From positions 58,805-122,804 of the IMG/VR virus record IMGVR_UViG_3300014059_000970: 64,000 bases of DNA. One strand, written 5' to 3'. Position numbers and translations under genes: made by a program. Below the pieces are notes generated by a model that saw only the letters and a program-made list of their open reading frames with translations, ran no database searches and was not told where the DNA came from. The DNA comes from a virus (lineage: Duplodnaviria > Caudoviricetes). Shown here piece by piece: positions 34,190 through 44,227 of this stretch (positions are counted from its first letter, which is position 1; every line of letters starts with the position of its first letter).

Positions 34190-35403
34190 ATGTCCGTCCG
34201 AATTTCTTTCCCGACAGGAAAATTAGGTACTGGCTTATCTGTTGTTGTATATCCGAAAAACTCTACTGTGAGCATATCACCAACCTTAATTTTACCAGCT
34301 TTCCAGTCTTCCCAAAACTCTGCCCTGGTATCGTAATCCCCTTTAGGCATAACATTAAATTCATTTCCGTCTTTTGTTACACAGCGGAATGTGCAAGTAC
34401 CAACCCAATCCCCAATTACATTCTCTGTAGCTCCAACAATAGGAAATTCATCATCGTCAAATTTTTTATACTTCTGTAAATCCTTGGAACGGCCATTAAT
34501 TTTATAACCGCCGGCACGATTCCTTAACATTATTCCTTCATAACCCTGTGATACATATTGGTCGTGTAAAGTATCTATAGAATTTGCATTTGTTAAGTAT
34601 ACTGTTTCTACCTGTTGGATAAACTTCGTTCCGCTTGGAATCTTCGCCCATCTTTTAACATAGTCTGTGTTTTCTTCTACTATGTCGTAGATATGAAGTT
34701 CTATTTGGGCAGATAACTCATTAGCCTCGTCTCTTTTAACTGCCCCAATAATCTTGTTAAATAATGGGCCGTGAATGTATAATTCTCCATCATATACGCC
34801 GTCTTGAAAGTTAGATAGTTCTTCTACTAAATGTGAAAGGGATTTCCATTCAACGTTCTTACGCGAGACTAATTTAACCTTACCATCTTTAACGAAAGCT
34901 AGACATCTCAATCCATTGAGTTTGGGCTGGACTAGACATGGGAATTTAATATGTTTGCCGTCATCCTTGTACTTTTTGGCCAACATAGGTCGCAATGGTT
35001 TTTCAGTTGGAATATGCTCTGTATAACCGTCTCTATCGCGCTTTTTAGTCCAGAGACTTTCTGCTTTTGATTCGCACTGTTCTTGAACTGTTGTTTCGTT
35101 CTTCTTGCCGATATTTTTACCAGCAGAGATTTCAGTTATACTTTTAGTAAGTTTACCACCTAGCGTTCCGTGATACTGGCAATAGCCCCATACATTGGGC
35201 CTTATTTCCCCAACCTGGACCTCCCAAAATCTTACTTTACCTTTGTTGTCTAACTTATGTAACGCGGGCCAAGTCTTCATAAATTTCCTAATATAATGGT
35301 CCTGTTGATTTATTTCTGCTTTTAATGCCGATAGACTTTTAGGAGTTGCTCTTTGTGGTCCAATATCACTCATTCCATAGTTCCATATAAACTGGATTGC
35401 CAA
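34186..35403 (-). CDS. ATP-dependent DNA ligase
   Basis: PMLA, QPKLNGLR (motif I), DGELY, YD, YEGIMLR, LQKYK and an OB domain ending PNFPV. Start uncertain. Confidence 0.92.
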   Translation of the reverse strand: MAIQFIWNYGMSDIGPQRATPKSLSALKAEINQQDHYIRKFMKTWPALHKLDNKGKVRFWEVQVGEIRPNVWGYCQYHGTLGGKLTKSITEISAGKNIGKKNETTVQEQCESKAESLWTKKRDRDGYTEHIPTEKPLRPMLAKKYKDDGKHIKFPCLVQPKLNGLRCLAFVKDGKVKLVSRKNVEWKSLSHLVEELSNFQDGVYDGELYIHGPLFNKIIGAVKRDEANELSAQIELHIYDIVEENTDYVKRWAKIPSGTKFIQQVETVYLTNANSIDTLHDQYVSQGYEGIMLRNRAGGYKINGRSKDLQKYKKFDDDEFPIVGATENVIGDWVGTCTFRCVTKDGNEFNVMPKGDYDTRAEFWEDWKAGKIKVGDMLTVEFFGYTTTDKPVPNFPVGKEIRTDI

Positions 35404-35554
35404 ACTTGTATATCGAAATAGCCGTATTAAATTCCTGTCTGTTAGTATAATCTAAAAAACAGTCTCCATATTTCCAAAATACTACAGAATGTGGAACCAT
35501 ATGAAAATTACCATCTTTTAGCATTTTCATCATTTGTTTGTAGGTTAGAATCAT
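35366..35554 (-). CDS. Small hypothetical protein
   Basis: ATGA-coupled ORF. Confidence 0.45.
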   Translation of the reverse strand: MILTYKQMMKMLKDGNFHMVPHSVVFWKYGDCFLDYTNRQEFNTAISIYKFGNPVYMELWNE

Positions 35555-35709
35555 AAAAAGTTAATTTCCACCCCTAGTTCTTTGGCTAAATCTAGTATTC
35601 TTTGCTTTTTAGATTCCATTTCACAATCCGGCTCATCCCTTTTATAAGGAATTGTCTTTGGTTCCTGAACCTTTTTATTCCACTTGTCGTCGTAATAATC
35701 CTTAATCAT
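35551..35709 (-). CDS. Small hypothetical protein (start MIKDYY)
   Basis: The part of the ORF that lies outside tRNA-His. Confidence 0.45.
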   Translation of the reverse strand: MIKDYYDDKWNKKVQEPKTIPYKRDEPDCEMESKKQRILDLAKELGVEINFL

Positions 35710-35713
35710 ATCA

Positions 35714-35799
35714 GGTGTAGTACGGAAATCGAATCCGCTCAGCATTTTCAGCCACTAGATTCACAGTCTAGCTCCGCTCTCCAACTCGGACGACTACAC
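35714..35799 (-). tRNA. tRNA-His(GTG) with long variable region
   Basis: GTGTAGT/ACTACAC-C73 and CTAGA-CTGTGAA-TCTAG. Confidence 0.8.
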
Positions 35800-35801
35800 A
35801 G

Positions 35802-35874
35802 TAGCAGTAGTTGGAATCGGACCAACCGCGAAAATCTTATCAGGATTCTCAGAACAACCAGTTCGTTTACTGCT
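35802..35874 (-). tRNA. tRNA-Ile(GAT)
   Basis: AGCAGTA/TACTGCT-A and GAATC-CTGATAA-GATTT. Confidence 0.8.
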
Positions 35875-35883
35875 ATTATACAA

Positions 35884-35954
35884 AGCCAACACTCAGAATT
35901 GAACTGAAATTTGATGATTACAAGTCAACTGTTTTGCCGTTAAACTATGCTGGC
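35884..35954 (-). tRNA. tRNA-Thr(TGT)
   Basis: GCCAGCA/TGTTGGC and loop CTTGTAA. Confidence 0.9.
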
Positions 35955-35957
35955 GAG

Positions 35958-36029
35958 TGACTCCAGAGAGACTCGAACTCTCACCCCGTTCGTTAAGAGC
36001 GAAGAATGCAACCATAACACCTTGGAGCC
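35958..36029 (-). tRNA. tRNA-Lys(CTT)
   Basis: GGCTCCA/TGGAGTC-A and loop CTCTTAA. Confidence 0.87.
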
Positions 36030-36037
36030 GTGTACTC

Positions 36038-36065
36038 ATTATACACTAATTAAATCAATTGTCAA
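36038..36065 (-). promoter_or_regulatory. Sigma70-type promoter
   Basis: TTGACA-N16-TATAAT. Confidence 0.75.
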
Positions 36066-36480
36066 GGGCTTTTTTGAAGAATTTCACAGGTTTTTCAAAG
36101 ATTTTCAACAGAGGGCGATTGACCGCCTGCTTATCGAGGTACTTTGTAAGGACGGACTTTAAAGTCGTCTTGGTTGGGTAGACCTCTCTATAAAGAACGG
36201 TTTCAACTTCCTTACCATCCACTATCTTTTCATCCACAATTACTATCGTTGGTATTCTTTTAACTTCATACTCTGATTTTAACTCTGGATGTTCATCTAT
36301 ATCTACATAGAAATTATTATACTGCACTAAAAGTTTTGCAACATCGGGCTCGTGTAATGTCTTCTTAAAAATCTGGCATGGACCACACCAAGAAGCTCCA
36401 AAGTACAGAACTGTTTTTTCTGCATTTATTTTAGGCGTTGACAATAAAACTATTACTAGACACAAAATTACTTTGTACAT
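36055..36480 (-). CDS. Thioredoxin with signal peptide
   Basis: FGASWCGPC, VDIDEHPEL and IPT. Confidence 0.9.
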   Translation of the reverse strand: MYKVILCLVIVLLSTPKINAEKTVLYFGASWCGPCQIFKKTLHEPDVAKLLVQYNNFYVDIDEHPELKSEYEVKRIPTIVIVDEKIVDGKEVETVLYREVYPTKTTLKSVLTKYLDKQAVNRPLLKIFEKPVKFFKKALDN

Positions 36481-36481
36481 T

Positions 36482-37462
36482 TCACTCCTTAAAAATTACT
36501 TTAGCTCCTGTATAGTCGACTCCAACATCTATATATGGAAGTCCGACACGCTTTATGAGGTTCTCTCTATTCTTTTCATTAAAAATCACATAGAAAAATC
36601 CTCCATTTCCAGAGCCACAAATTTTCCCACCATATGCTCCCGCCTGCATGATATTATCATATACAGCATCTATATAGGGATTAGATACTAGTGGTGAAAT
36701 TTCCCTCTTATTTAACCAAGACTCGTTTAGTAATTTTCCTATTTCTTCAATATTCTCTTTTACAAACGCAGCCTGGGTCAACTTTGATAACTCCATTATC
36801 CTTAATTTTGACGCCTCACTATCTGGATTATTATGACTAATTGCTACTTCATAGCTGGTTCTATTACCATTTAGATAAAAAAGCAAAGAAGAACGGCACA
36901 ATTTATCAACAAAGTTTTCTGATACTGGCAATGGCTTTATATTAACCACTCCCTTTTTAGATATATCCATCGAGCGTAATCCAGCATACGCCGACCAATA
37001 CGAATCTTGAATACCTCCAGCCTGCTCTAATAAAACCCTTTCAATATAGACGGCTTCTTCGGCTATTTGCTTTTTAGTTACTTCTTCGTCATAAAAACAA
37101 TACAAGGCTCTTAATAATGCACAAACTAAAGCAGAACTGGTCGCTAATCCGCTTTGGTGTGAAGCGTCGTTTGCCACATAAACAGAAAGCATATCGAGGT
37201 CGGGGTGGTTTCTTTTAAAGAATTCTAGAGTTCCCCTAATAGTAGCATTTTTGATATCTTCTATTTTTTCTACCTTCTCTACGCTACTATAGAATATTTC
37301 CCAGTGGCTTGGAGATGTTTTTGGCAATCTCTTTACGCTAACATAGCAATATAGGTCTAAAGCAAATCCCGTTATTACACATCCATGTTTTTGATAAAAG
37401 CTGGGATAGTCGCAAGACCCCCCACTGATAGATACCCTATATGGGGCCTTTGCGCAAATCAT
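36482..37462 (-). CDS. hddA: GHMP kinase, HddA-like heptose 7-phosphate kinase
   Basis: APYRVSISGGSCD, SGLATSSA, GIQD and GGKICGSGNGGF. Confidence 0.8.
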   Translation of the reverse strand: MICAKAPYRVSISGGSCDYPSFYQKHGCVITGFALDLYCYVSVKRLPKTSPSHWEIFYSSVEKVEKIEDIKNATIRGTLEFFKRNHPDLDMLSVYVANDASHQSGLATSSALVCALLRALYCFYDEEVTKKQIAEEAVYIERVLLEQAGGIQDSYWSAYAGLRSMDISKKGVVNIKPLPVSENFVDKLCRSSLLFYLNGNRTSYEVAISHNNPDSEASKLRIMELSKLTQAAFVKENIEEIGKLLNESWLNKREISPLVSNPYIDAVYDNIMQAGAYGGKICGSGNGGFFYVIFNEKNRENLIKRVGLPYIDVGVDYTGAKVIFKE

Positions 37463-38184
37463 ACATTATTTTCTCCAACTAGTCTGCAAAGACTAATAAA
37501 TTCTTGTTGTTCTATGTCCATTTTCATGTAATTAATAATTTTATGCACCCATTGTATATTGCCTTCAACATAACCTTGTTTAGAGTCAATTCTATCTAAT
37601 GATGCAGTTTTTTCTCTTTTATTAGTATCTCTATAATCTAAATATATTGGAATTTTTGTTAATTTACATAGTCTATTTTGACTTTCATAAATTTTCCAAG
37701 CATATTCTATACTAATAGTAAATTCTAGATTTCTAGTTTTTGCACCTCTTTGTATAGAAGACCAATGAGAACCGCGAATACCTTCGTATCCTGTCCAGTT
37801 TGGGTTTTTATCCATTCTGTATTTTTTGATTACGTCTCCGTGAAGACAACCACACGAATTTTTGTGTCCACTTTTTACCCTAGTGGCTTGTGCTTCAATA
37901 ATTTGACCACATTCGCATTCAAAAATCCATATAATGTTTTTTCTAACCCTTTTATCTGTTGGCTCTTTAGCTGTAAGTCTACCAAATTTTTGGCCAGTTA
38001 TATCTATTCTTTTTGCAATATTTGACGTTGAGACTTTTCTTTTACGTTTTTTAATATTTAGAGACTTTAATAATCTATAAAATGTTGCATTAGCAATATT
38101 GCATTCTTGACAAATATCTACTACGTTTAGATTGTCTACTAAGTAGAGTTTTTCTAATTTTTCTTTAAAGTTTGTGTCTCTCAT
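37459..38184 (-). CDS. HNH-like homing endonuclease (paralog of 407-1105)
   Basis: GQKFGRL, CECG, SCGC and ASLDRIDSKQGYVEGNIQWVH. Confidence 0.82.
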   Translation of the reverse strand: MRDTNFKEKLEKLYLVDNLNVVDICQECNIANATFYRLLKSLNIKKRKRKVSTSNIAKRIDITGQKFGRLTAKEPTDKRVRKNIIWIFECECGQIIEAQATRVKSGHKNSCGCLHGDVIKKYRMDKNPNWTGYEGIRGSHWSSIQRGAKTRNLEFTISIEYAWKIYESQNRLCKLTKIPIYLDYRDTNKREKTASLDRIDSKQGYVEGNIQWVHKIINYMKMDIEQQEFISLCRLVGENNV

Positions 38185-38226
38185 GTAATATTATACATGC
38201 CAAATAGAAATATTTTTTATATTTCT

Positions 38227-39138
38227 TTAGCAATTACTATAATATTCTTTAAGTTTTAATATTTCTTCTTTAAAGTCAGTTTGAATTGAAAATCCAGTAT
38301 TATAAAGTTTCTGTGATGAACAATTATAATTTCTTTGGTCAGGGTCTTTTCCTTCTGAATTAAAGGTAACAGTACCACCAACTATGTTTGCAATATTTTG
38401 TGCTAGCTCGCCTTTAGTTGTATTTAAGGCATCGTCTCCCACATTATACACTCCTTCCAAGTCTGCCTCAATAGCATGTATAAATGCATTTGATACGTCA
38501 ACTATATTAATAAAGTTGCGCTTGTAATGTGGCTCAAACATATCTATGGTTCCTTCTTGCACTAACTTCTTAACGAAGCTATTTACTAGAAGGTCGTCTC
38601 TCATCCTAGTTGGAGAAAGACCATAAACCGTTGCCAGTCTTAACGATACAGAGTTTGGCCTATTTAATACTAGCGCTTCTGAAATACATTTTGTGACAGA
38701 ATAAAGGGAAATTGGGTCGGTCGGAGTATCTTCTGTGCATAAAACATCAGCGCCGACATTTCCATATTGTGAATTAGTATTTGGGGCAATAAACTTGACT
38801 TCTGGTGCAATATTTTCTAGGAATAGGCGGGTAGCCTCTGTGTTTACCATAATTGCCAATTCTGGATTAGCCTTACAAATAGGCATTCCTACCATTGCAG
38901 CAAGATGGATAACAACATCTGGCATAGCCACTACAAGTGCTTTTTTGATAGTTTCTAGTTTTGTAATATCTCCAGTTAATAGAATTGGGGCGTCTGGATT
39001 ACCTATATAATCAACAAATTGTTGACCAAAAAATAAATTGTCAACTCCCCAAACTTCGTAACCAGCACGATATAGTTTTTCACATAACACGGAACCTATG
39101 TATCCGCCAGCTCCAGTAACTAACACTATCTTACTCAT
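38227..39138 (-). CDS. NAD-dependent epimerase/dehydratase
   Basis: TGAGGYIGS, HLAA, YSVTK and LRLATVYG. Confidence 0.9.
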   Translation of the reverse strand: MSKIVLVTGAGGYIGSVLCEKLYRAGYEVWGVDNLFFGQQFVDYIGNPDAPILLTGDITKLETIKKALVVAMPDVVIHLAAMVGMPICKANPELAIMVNTEATRLFLENIAPEVKFIAPNTNSQYGNVGADVLCTEDTPTDPISLYSVTKCISEALVLNRPNSVSLRLATVYGLSPTRMRDDLLVNSFVKKLVQEGTIDMFEPHYKRNFINIVDVSNAFIHAIEADLEGVYNVGDDALNTTKGELAQNIANIVGGTVTFNSEGKDPDQRNYNCSSQKLYNTGFSIQTDFKEEILKLKEYYSNC

Positions 39139-39650
39139 TTATTTTCCTTTACTATATCGTCCAAAATACTATGTAAAAATATGCCGGCAAACTGCTCATG
39201 AACACCAAAACTTTCTGTGGCCAGATGAACATTGACATCGCCTAATTGGTTTAGTTTATTGTCTGGACTAAACGCCGTAATAGTAACAACTGGATTACTA
39301 TACCACTTCATCCTCTTAACTGCATTAACTAGATTTTGCGAATTACCACTACTAGATATTACTATCAATAGGTCGTCTGGTTCGCGCTGTATATTCAACC
39401 ATTCTATCCACATGTCTTCAACGCCATAATCATTAGCTAAACATGTGATTAGATTGGGCGATTCAGGACATAGGGTTTTAATTCCGCCAACTTTTAGAAA
39501 GTCGTGAGCCATATGACTACAACTACTCATCGAACCACCATTTCCTAGAAAGATAACTCGATGAGATTTCTTAATCAGGGCCTTAACTTCATCATGTTCT
39601 TTTTGAAGGCCCGATAAAAGTAGAGCCCCTTTCATGTAATCTTCAAGCAT
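39135..39650 (-). CDS. gmhA: SIS-domain phosphoheptose isomerase
   Basis: GNGGS, TCLANDYG and ISSSGNSQN. Confidence 0.85.
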   Translation of the reverse strand: MLEDYMKGALLLSGLQKEHDEVKALIKKSHRVIFLGNGGSMSSCSHMAHDFLKVGGIKTLCPESPNLITCLANDYGVEDMWIEWLNIQREPDDLLIVISSSGNSQNLVNAVKRMKWYSNPVVTITAFSPDNKLNQLGDVNVHLATESFGVHEQFAGIFLHSILDDIVKENK

Positions 39651-40822
39651 TAGATAGCCTTAAGTATATTTCTTAATGTGTCGCAAACATAATCAACATC
39701 TTCATCTGTCATCCAATAGTGGCAACCAATATGGATTCCATAATCACCTACATATTCTGCATTTTCAAATCTTTGTTTGTGTTGGAAGTGGTCTTTAAAA
39801 CAGCCATGTTGTGGCATACTTCCGAAATTTTTCTTCCAATGAATACCCGCCTCCTCTAATCCTTTTTGGATTGTAGTAATTTTTATACTAGTTCCAAATG
39901 GGTCTAAATATCCACCAGGTTTAACGGTTATTGAAAATCCGTGTGGAGCATTTACACAACCAGCCCTCTCCTGTACAAAATAAACCTTATCTGCAAATTC
40001 CGCAGTCGCATTATAATACTTGTATAGAATTTCTTTACGACGGGCGAATATCTTCCAGAAGTCGTCTATCTCACCTAATCCCACAGAAGCGTTAAGGTCT
40101 GTCGGCTTTAAATTTAACCCATACCTCTGATGGTCAAAGAATAAACTACCGGGTTGTCTACCATGAGAACGCACTGATAGTATAGCATCGTTAATAACTT
40201 TGTCTTTAGAACTTACTGTGCCACCTTCTGCACTACAAATAATATGGGCGATATAATGAGAGGTTGTCTCCATATCTGCGTAGTCTAGCGAAAACTTTCC
40301 ATTTAGTTGACAGCCGTATCCTTCGCAGTTGTCTATAATTAGTTTAACATTATATTTCTTGGCTAAATCTGATAAAATATCCATTCTACATGGATTGCCC
40401 ATTAAATTTACAGCCATAATACCAACTATTTTTTTACCTGATAAAAACTTACCATTAATCTTTAAAACTTGTTCAACAATAGCTTCATCTATATTAAGAG
40501 TTTCTTTCTTAATGTCAACGAAATAAGGAGTAAATCCGGCCGCACGAATCGCATTAGCTGTAGCGATAAAAGAAAGAGCGGGACAAATAATATAATCTCC
40601 CGGTTTGGCCCCAAACTCATATAATGCCATACACGCAGCAATATCGGCGCTAGTTCCAGAAGAAACCATTGTGGTATATGGATAGTTAAATATCTGTGCC
40701 CATTTTTGCTCAAATTCTTTAACCTTTGGACCAATACTAACCCAGTTATTTTCTAGACATTCTGCTATGTGTTTTTTAGCTAGGTCTGTAACTCGTAATT
40801 CACCAAACTCAATCTTGCGCAT
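39650..40822 (-). CDS. DegT-family PLP enzyme, ColD/E1-type 3-dehydratase
   Basis: SSGTSA, FIAT, DNCE and SHYIAHII..EGG, with His in place of the PLP Lys. Confidence 0.82.
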   Translation of the reverse strand: MRKIEFGELRVTDLAKKHIAECLENNWVSIGPKVKEFEQKWAQIFNYPYTTMVSSGTSADIAACMALYEFGAKPGDYIICPALSFIATANAIRAAGFTPYFVDIKKETLNIDEAIVEQVLKINGKFLSGKKIVGIMAVNLMGNPCRMDILSDLAKKYNVKLIIDNCEGYGCQLNGKFSLDYADMETTSHYIAHIICSAEGGTVSSKDKVINDAILSVRSHGRQPGSLFFDHQRYGLNLKPTDLNASVGLGEIDDFWKIFARRKEILYKYYNATAEFADKVYFVQERAGCVNAPHGFSITVKPGGYLDPFGTSIKITTIQKGLEEAGIHWKKNFGSMPQHGCFKDHFQHKQRFENAEYVGDYGIHIGCHYWMTDEDVDYVCDTLRNILKAI

Positions 40823-41282
40823 TTTTACCTACCATACTTGAATTATAATTATTAATGGCTTTTCCAAGATAGTCCGAACTAGAGCCAGATTTTTCTCCAC
40901 CCACCCCAAACATCATCTGAACGCCATATCTTTTACAAACTACGGATTCCTCTGAATCTCCTACCGTTTGGTCGCCGCCGTTTGCGAAGATTATTCTATT
41001 ATAGCCGTCTCTAGCTAAATGGCAAAGGTTTTCTAGGCTTTTTGCAACAGAACGTCCACTATCAATTGATAGCACGCCATTAGTAACGCATTTCAATGAC
41101 TTTATTAACCTAAGCCTCTCATCTTCATTATAAAATAGTATTGAGCCTTTAAGTTTTACCTGTCTGTCATTATTCACTATTACTATATGTTGGTCTCCAA
41201 AAGCACTAGCCGACTCTAAATAGTTTAGATGGTGTGGTCCAATTGGATTAAAATATCCTGATGTGATTACTAGAGTTTTCAT
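40809..41282 (-). CDS. Cytidylyltransferase-like nucleotidyltransferase
   Basis: SGYFNPIGPHH, VNND, FANGGD and KSGSSS. Confidence 0.85.
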   Translation of the reverse strand: MKTLVITSGYFNPIGPHHLNYLESASAFGDQHIVIVNNDRQVKLKGSILFYNEDERLRLIKSLKCVTNGVLSIDSGRSVAKSLENLCHLARDGYNRIIFANGGDQTVGDSEESVVCKRYGVQMMFGVGGEKSGSSSDYLGKAINNYNSSMVGKNAQD

Positions 41283-41476
41283 ATAGGGTTTCGCTCATTT
41301 ATTTCCTTAATTGTAGGATATCCTTTTAATATCTCTTTTAGACTTACCGGTTTTGCTTCTAATGCTCTTTTAATAGCTTCTGCCTCTTCTACGGTCATTT
41401 CTTCATCTAAATTAGACATTTTCATAGCATGACCACAAAGCATTATATCTTCATTTATATTAGTCTCAGCTTCCAT
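41279..41476 (-). CDS. Small hypothetical protein
   Basis: Coupled ORF. Confidence 0.45.
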   Translation of the reverse strand: MEAETNINEDIMLCGHAMKMSNLDEEMTVEEAEAIKRALEAKPVSLKEILKGYPTIKEINERNPI

Positions 41477-41685
41477 CCACGCCCCTGATAATCTTGTCTT
41501 ACTTGTTTGGCCACAGTACGACGGTTTTTACCAACTACTTCAATTGGCTCGCCCCACTTATCTTCACTTCCCTTTACTTTAGGGTCTGGCAATAACCATA
41601 GATTAAAGGTCACAGGACCAGAGTTTGGAACTGGAGCTTGTCTATTCTTTGTTGGTGCTTTCTTATCTCTTACTTTACGTCCCAT
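41455..41685 (-). CDS. Small basic hypothetical protein
   Basis: Coupled ORF. Confidence 0.5.
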   Translation of the reverse strand: MGRKVRDKKAPTKNRQAPVPNSGPVTFNLWLLPDPKVKGSEDKWGEPIEVVGKNRRTVAKQVRQDYQGRGWKLRLI

Positions 41686-42154
41686 TGTTATTTTCCTTTA
41701 AAAAGTCTACTAACTTATTAACGCCTTCATCACGAACTAGATTAAAACACAATGCCGTTACTGGAGAATCTTCTCTATATGGTTTTGTATCATTAACGAG
41801 CACCCTGATTGCGTTAGAACAACCTAATATAAGCTGGTCATATGGAATACATGCGTTTTTTAATTGTCTTTTTGTTATTTCTCTAAAGGATTCTCTACGG
41901 CCACTGGTTAATATCACAATATGCCCATTCTTACCGCATAATTGAAAAAATTCTCTAACCCCAGGCAATACTTCTATCTTGTCTTCAAATTGCTCTTGTT
42001 TGTCTCCAAAGTGTTTTAGGAGAGTTCCATCAATATCTAGAAAGAAACAATATCGTTCTTTTTGCTTTGACTTTTCTATATTTGCTAGCATAACCATATC
42101 GTTATAATCTAATCCGTATGGAGAACTATTTTCATCAGCCATAATAAATCCCAC
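41675..42154 (-). CDS. HAD-superfamily phosphatase
   Basis: LDIDGTL, LPGV, TSGR and LVND. Confidence 0.8.
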   Translation of the reverse strand: MGFIMADENSSPYGLDYNDMVMLANIEKSKQKERYCFFLDIDGTLLKHFGDKQEQFEDKIEVLPGVREFFQLCGKNGHIVILTSGRRESFREITKRQLKNACIPYDQLILGCSNAIRVLVNDTKPYREDSPVTALCFNLVRDEGVNKLVDFLKENNNGT

Positions 42155-42998
42155 TCTCTATGTATTTTGTGTCGTCTTTTTCTACTTCTAAATCAAACCA
42201 AGCAAAACTTCTAATCTTTTCTACATATTTAGGATTTTGAATCCAGTTGCCGTTATATTGTATCTTAACATATTCGTTAAAATTAAGGTGAAGTCCGGCC
42301 TTTCCTATGTTTAATGTACGCCCGATTACAGGATATAGACAAGGTAAATCTCTAAAATACTTCTCAAAAGGAGTATCCCAACCCAGTCTATCAGAGACCG
42401 TTACTTCCTTTAGCCACTCCTCTCCTCTACAGCCGTATTCTTTACCTTTAGGAGATTCGTATTCTATACCAAAAACTTCTGCCTTTTCCTTAATCCTTTC
42501 ATAAGTCTTACGATTCATAGAGAACGCATTTGCCCCTTCAAACCATTCTCTAGAAACTAGATTGTGAGTTTTACTTACCGATGGCTCTATTAATTGGTGG
42601 CATGGCCGGTGCATAGTACACGCAGCAAAATAGTCATCTAATAAGTGGGCGGTCTGCTCGAAGTATTCAAGTAGGTCTATAGATGGATAAGTATCGTCCT
42701 CTAGGAAAATGGCCCAATCCTGGTTGTTTTCAAAAGACTTATCCAGAGTATATCTAAAATTTCCAGCACATCCTACATTTTCATCATGGAAAACCAATTC
42801 AGATTCTATGACAGATGCTATTTGAGACATTTCAACAGCCTCTAATATCTGTTGGGCCATCATAGGATTATAATGGTCGCATACTATTAGTAGCTTATAT
42901 TTTTCCAATCCACGACATCTGCGTAGTCCATCTAGTGTCTTCAATAAATATATGGGACGCGCCCAGCATCTTAAACTAATTACTGTTTTAGTATCCAT
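42135..42998 (-). CDS. GT-A glycosyltransferase
   Basis: WARPIYL, NVGC, FLEDD, GWD and RTLNIG. Confidence 0.75.
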   Translation of the reverse strand: MDTKTVISLRCWARPIYLLKTLDGLRRCRGLEKYKLLIVCDHYNPMMAQQILEAVEMSQIASVIESELVFHDENVGCAGNFRYTLDKSFENNQDWAIFLEDDTYPSIDLLEYFEQTAHLLDDYFAACTMHRPCHQLIEPSVSKTHNLVSREWFEGANAFSMNRKTYERIKEKAEVFGIEYESPKGKEYGCRGEEWLKEVTVSDRLGWDTPFEKYFRDLPCLYPVIGRTLNIGKAGLHLNFNEYVKIQYNGNWIQNPKYVEKIRSFAWFDLEVEKDDTKYIESGIYYG

Positions 42999-43557
42999 AT
43001 ATTTCTGAACTTTCTTCTATAAGGTTTGCGTAATAAAAATTTTGATGATATAGGTCTTTCCAAGTTAATTGGGTCTTATTATCCGTTGGTCCTAATCTTG
43101 GAGTCTTAAGAGCCCAATCAATTTTTGACCTATCATATTCTACATCAAATAGGTCTAGAATTTCTATTAAATCTTCAATTTGTTCAACTTGATATTGAAA
43201 TGTGCAGTTTTCTAAATCTAGATTCCACCGATAGTAATATTCCATTGCCCTATCTAAAAGTGGCCTAGTTAAATCCATTTGAAGGGCACGTCGTATATAT
43301 CTCCAACTTACCATATCAAGTTTTAGTATAGAACTTATTGTTGTTAGAGGCTCACGAGTCTGATGTAAACAGATATGTTCTTCTGTATTTATATTTAGCT
43401 GGTCTGGATAATGTTCTGGACTATGATGTATATACCATGTAACTATTCCGTCATAACTTGGATATTCATGACCTATTCGCAGTCCAAGCCTATTTAGGAA
43501 TTCTGTGGTATAATGCGTTCCAGATTTTGCTGTTGCACCTATGTAGATTTTATCCAT
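42988..43557 (-). CDS. Sulfotransferase-like protein
   Basis: AKSGTHY, IGHE, HQTREPLTTISS and YYRWN. Confidence 0.65.
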   Translation of the reverse strand: MDKIYIGATAKSGTHYTTEFLNRLGLRIGHEYPSYDGIVTWYIHHSPEHYPDQLNINTEEHICLHQTREPLTTISSILKLDMVSWRYIRRALQMDLTRPLLDRAMEYYYRWNLDLENCTFQYQVEQIEDLIEILDLFDVEYDRSKIDWALKTPRLGPTDNKTQLTWKDLYHQNFYYANLIEESSEIYGY

Positions 43558-44227
43558 GTATTTTTGCTATCTTTATACAATATTCTATAAAAATATCTTT
43601 TTTCATAGCCATTTTCATTTTATTAATATCTTTATGACACCATACTACGTTTCCTTCAATATATCCTTTGGATGAATCAATTCTATCTAATGAAGCCGTT
43701 CTATCTTTATGTCCATATGAATTAAAATGTATGTCTAAGCCAGTGTAGTAACATTTTCTGTTTTGTGATATAAATAAATTCCATATATATTCTTGAGTTA
43801 ATTGGAATTGTAAATTTCTATTTTTAGCACCTCTCTGTATGGAACTCCAACATTTTCCAGGTATTTCTTCGTATCCTGTCCACATACCATTTGTGCAGCA
43901 TGATTTGTGTTTTCCTCTAACTAAATCTATCCCATAGCAAACCGTTATCTTTCCGCAGTCGCATAAACACTTCCATCTAACTCCTGTTTTGTCTGTAGAA
44001 TCATATTCTATTACTTTTAGTTTATTAAATTTTTTTCCCAATAGTCTTGTTTGAGATATTTCTATAATATTTTTAATTGGTAGGCCGTGTTTAATAACAT
44101 ACCGTCTTACTGTCATATCATTTGAACCTATTTCTATAGCTATCTCTTTTAGTGTTTTATTTTTAGATATATATTCTTGTTCTAGAAATTCTTTAGTTAA
44201 TATCTTATTCCATACTGTCTTTGGCAT
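43550..44227 (-). CDS. HNH-like homing endonuclease (paralog of 407-1105)
   Basis: WKCLCDCG and ASLDRIDSSKGYIEGNVVWCH. Confidence 0.82.
   Translation of the reverse strand: MPKTVWNKILTKEFLEQEYISKNKTLKEIAIEIGSNDMTVRRYVIKHGLPIKNIIEISQTRLLGKKFNKLKVIEYDSTDKTGVRWKCLCDCGKITVCYGIDLVRGKHKSCCTNGMWTGYEEIPGKCWSSIQRGAKNRNLQFQLTQEYIWNLFISQNRKCYYTGLDIHFNSYGHKDRTASLDRIDSSKGYIEGNVVWCHKDINKMKMAMKKDIFIEYCIKIAKIHG

Noticed and set aside
28745-43535. Other ACAGCAA matches (about 28745, 31185, 43527)
   Set aside because: They lie inside coding sequence and lack the flanking TAG.../...CTAG helix.
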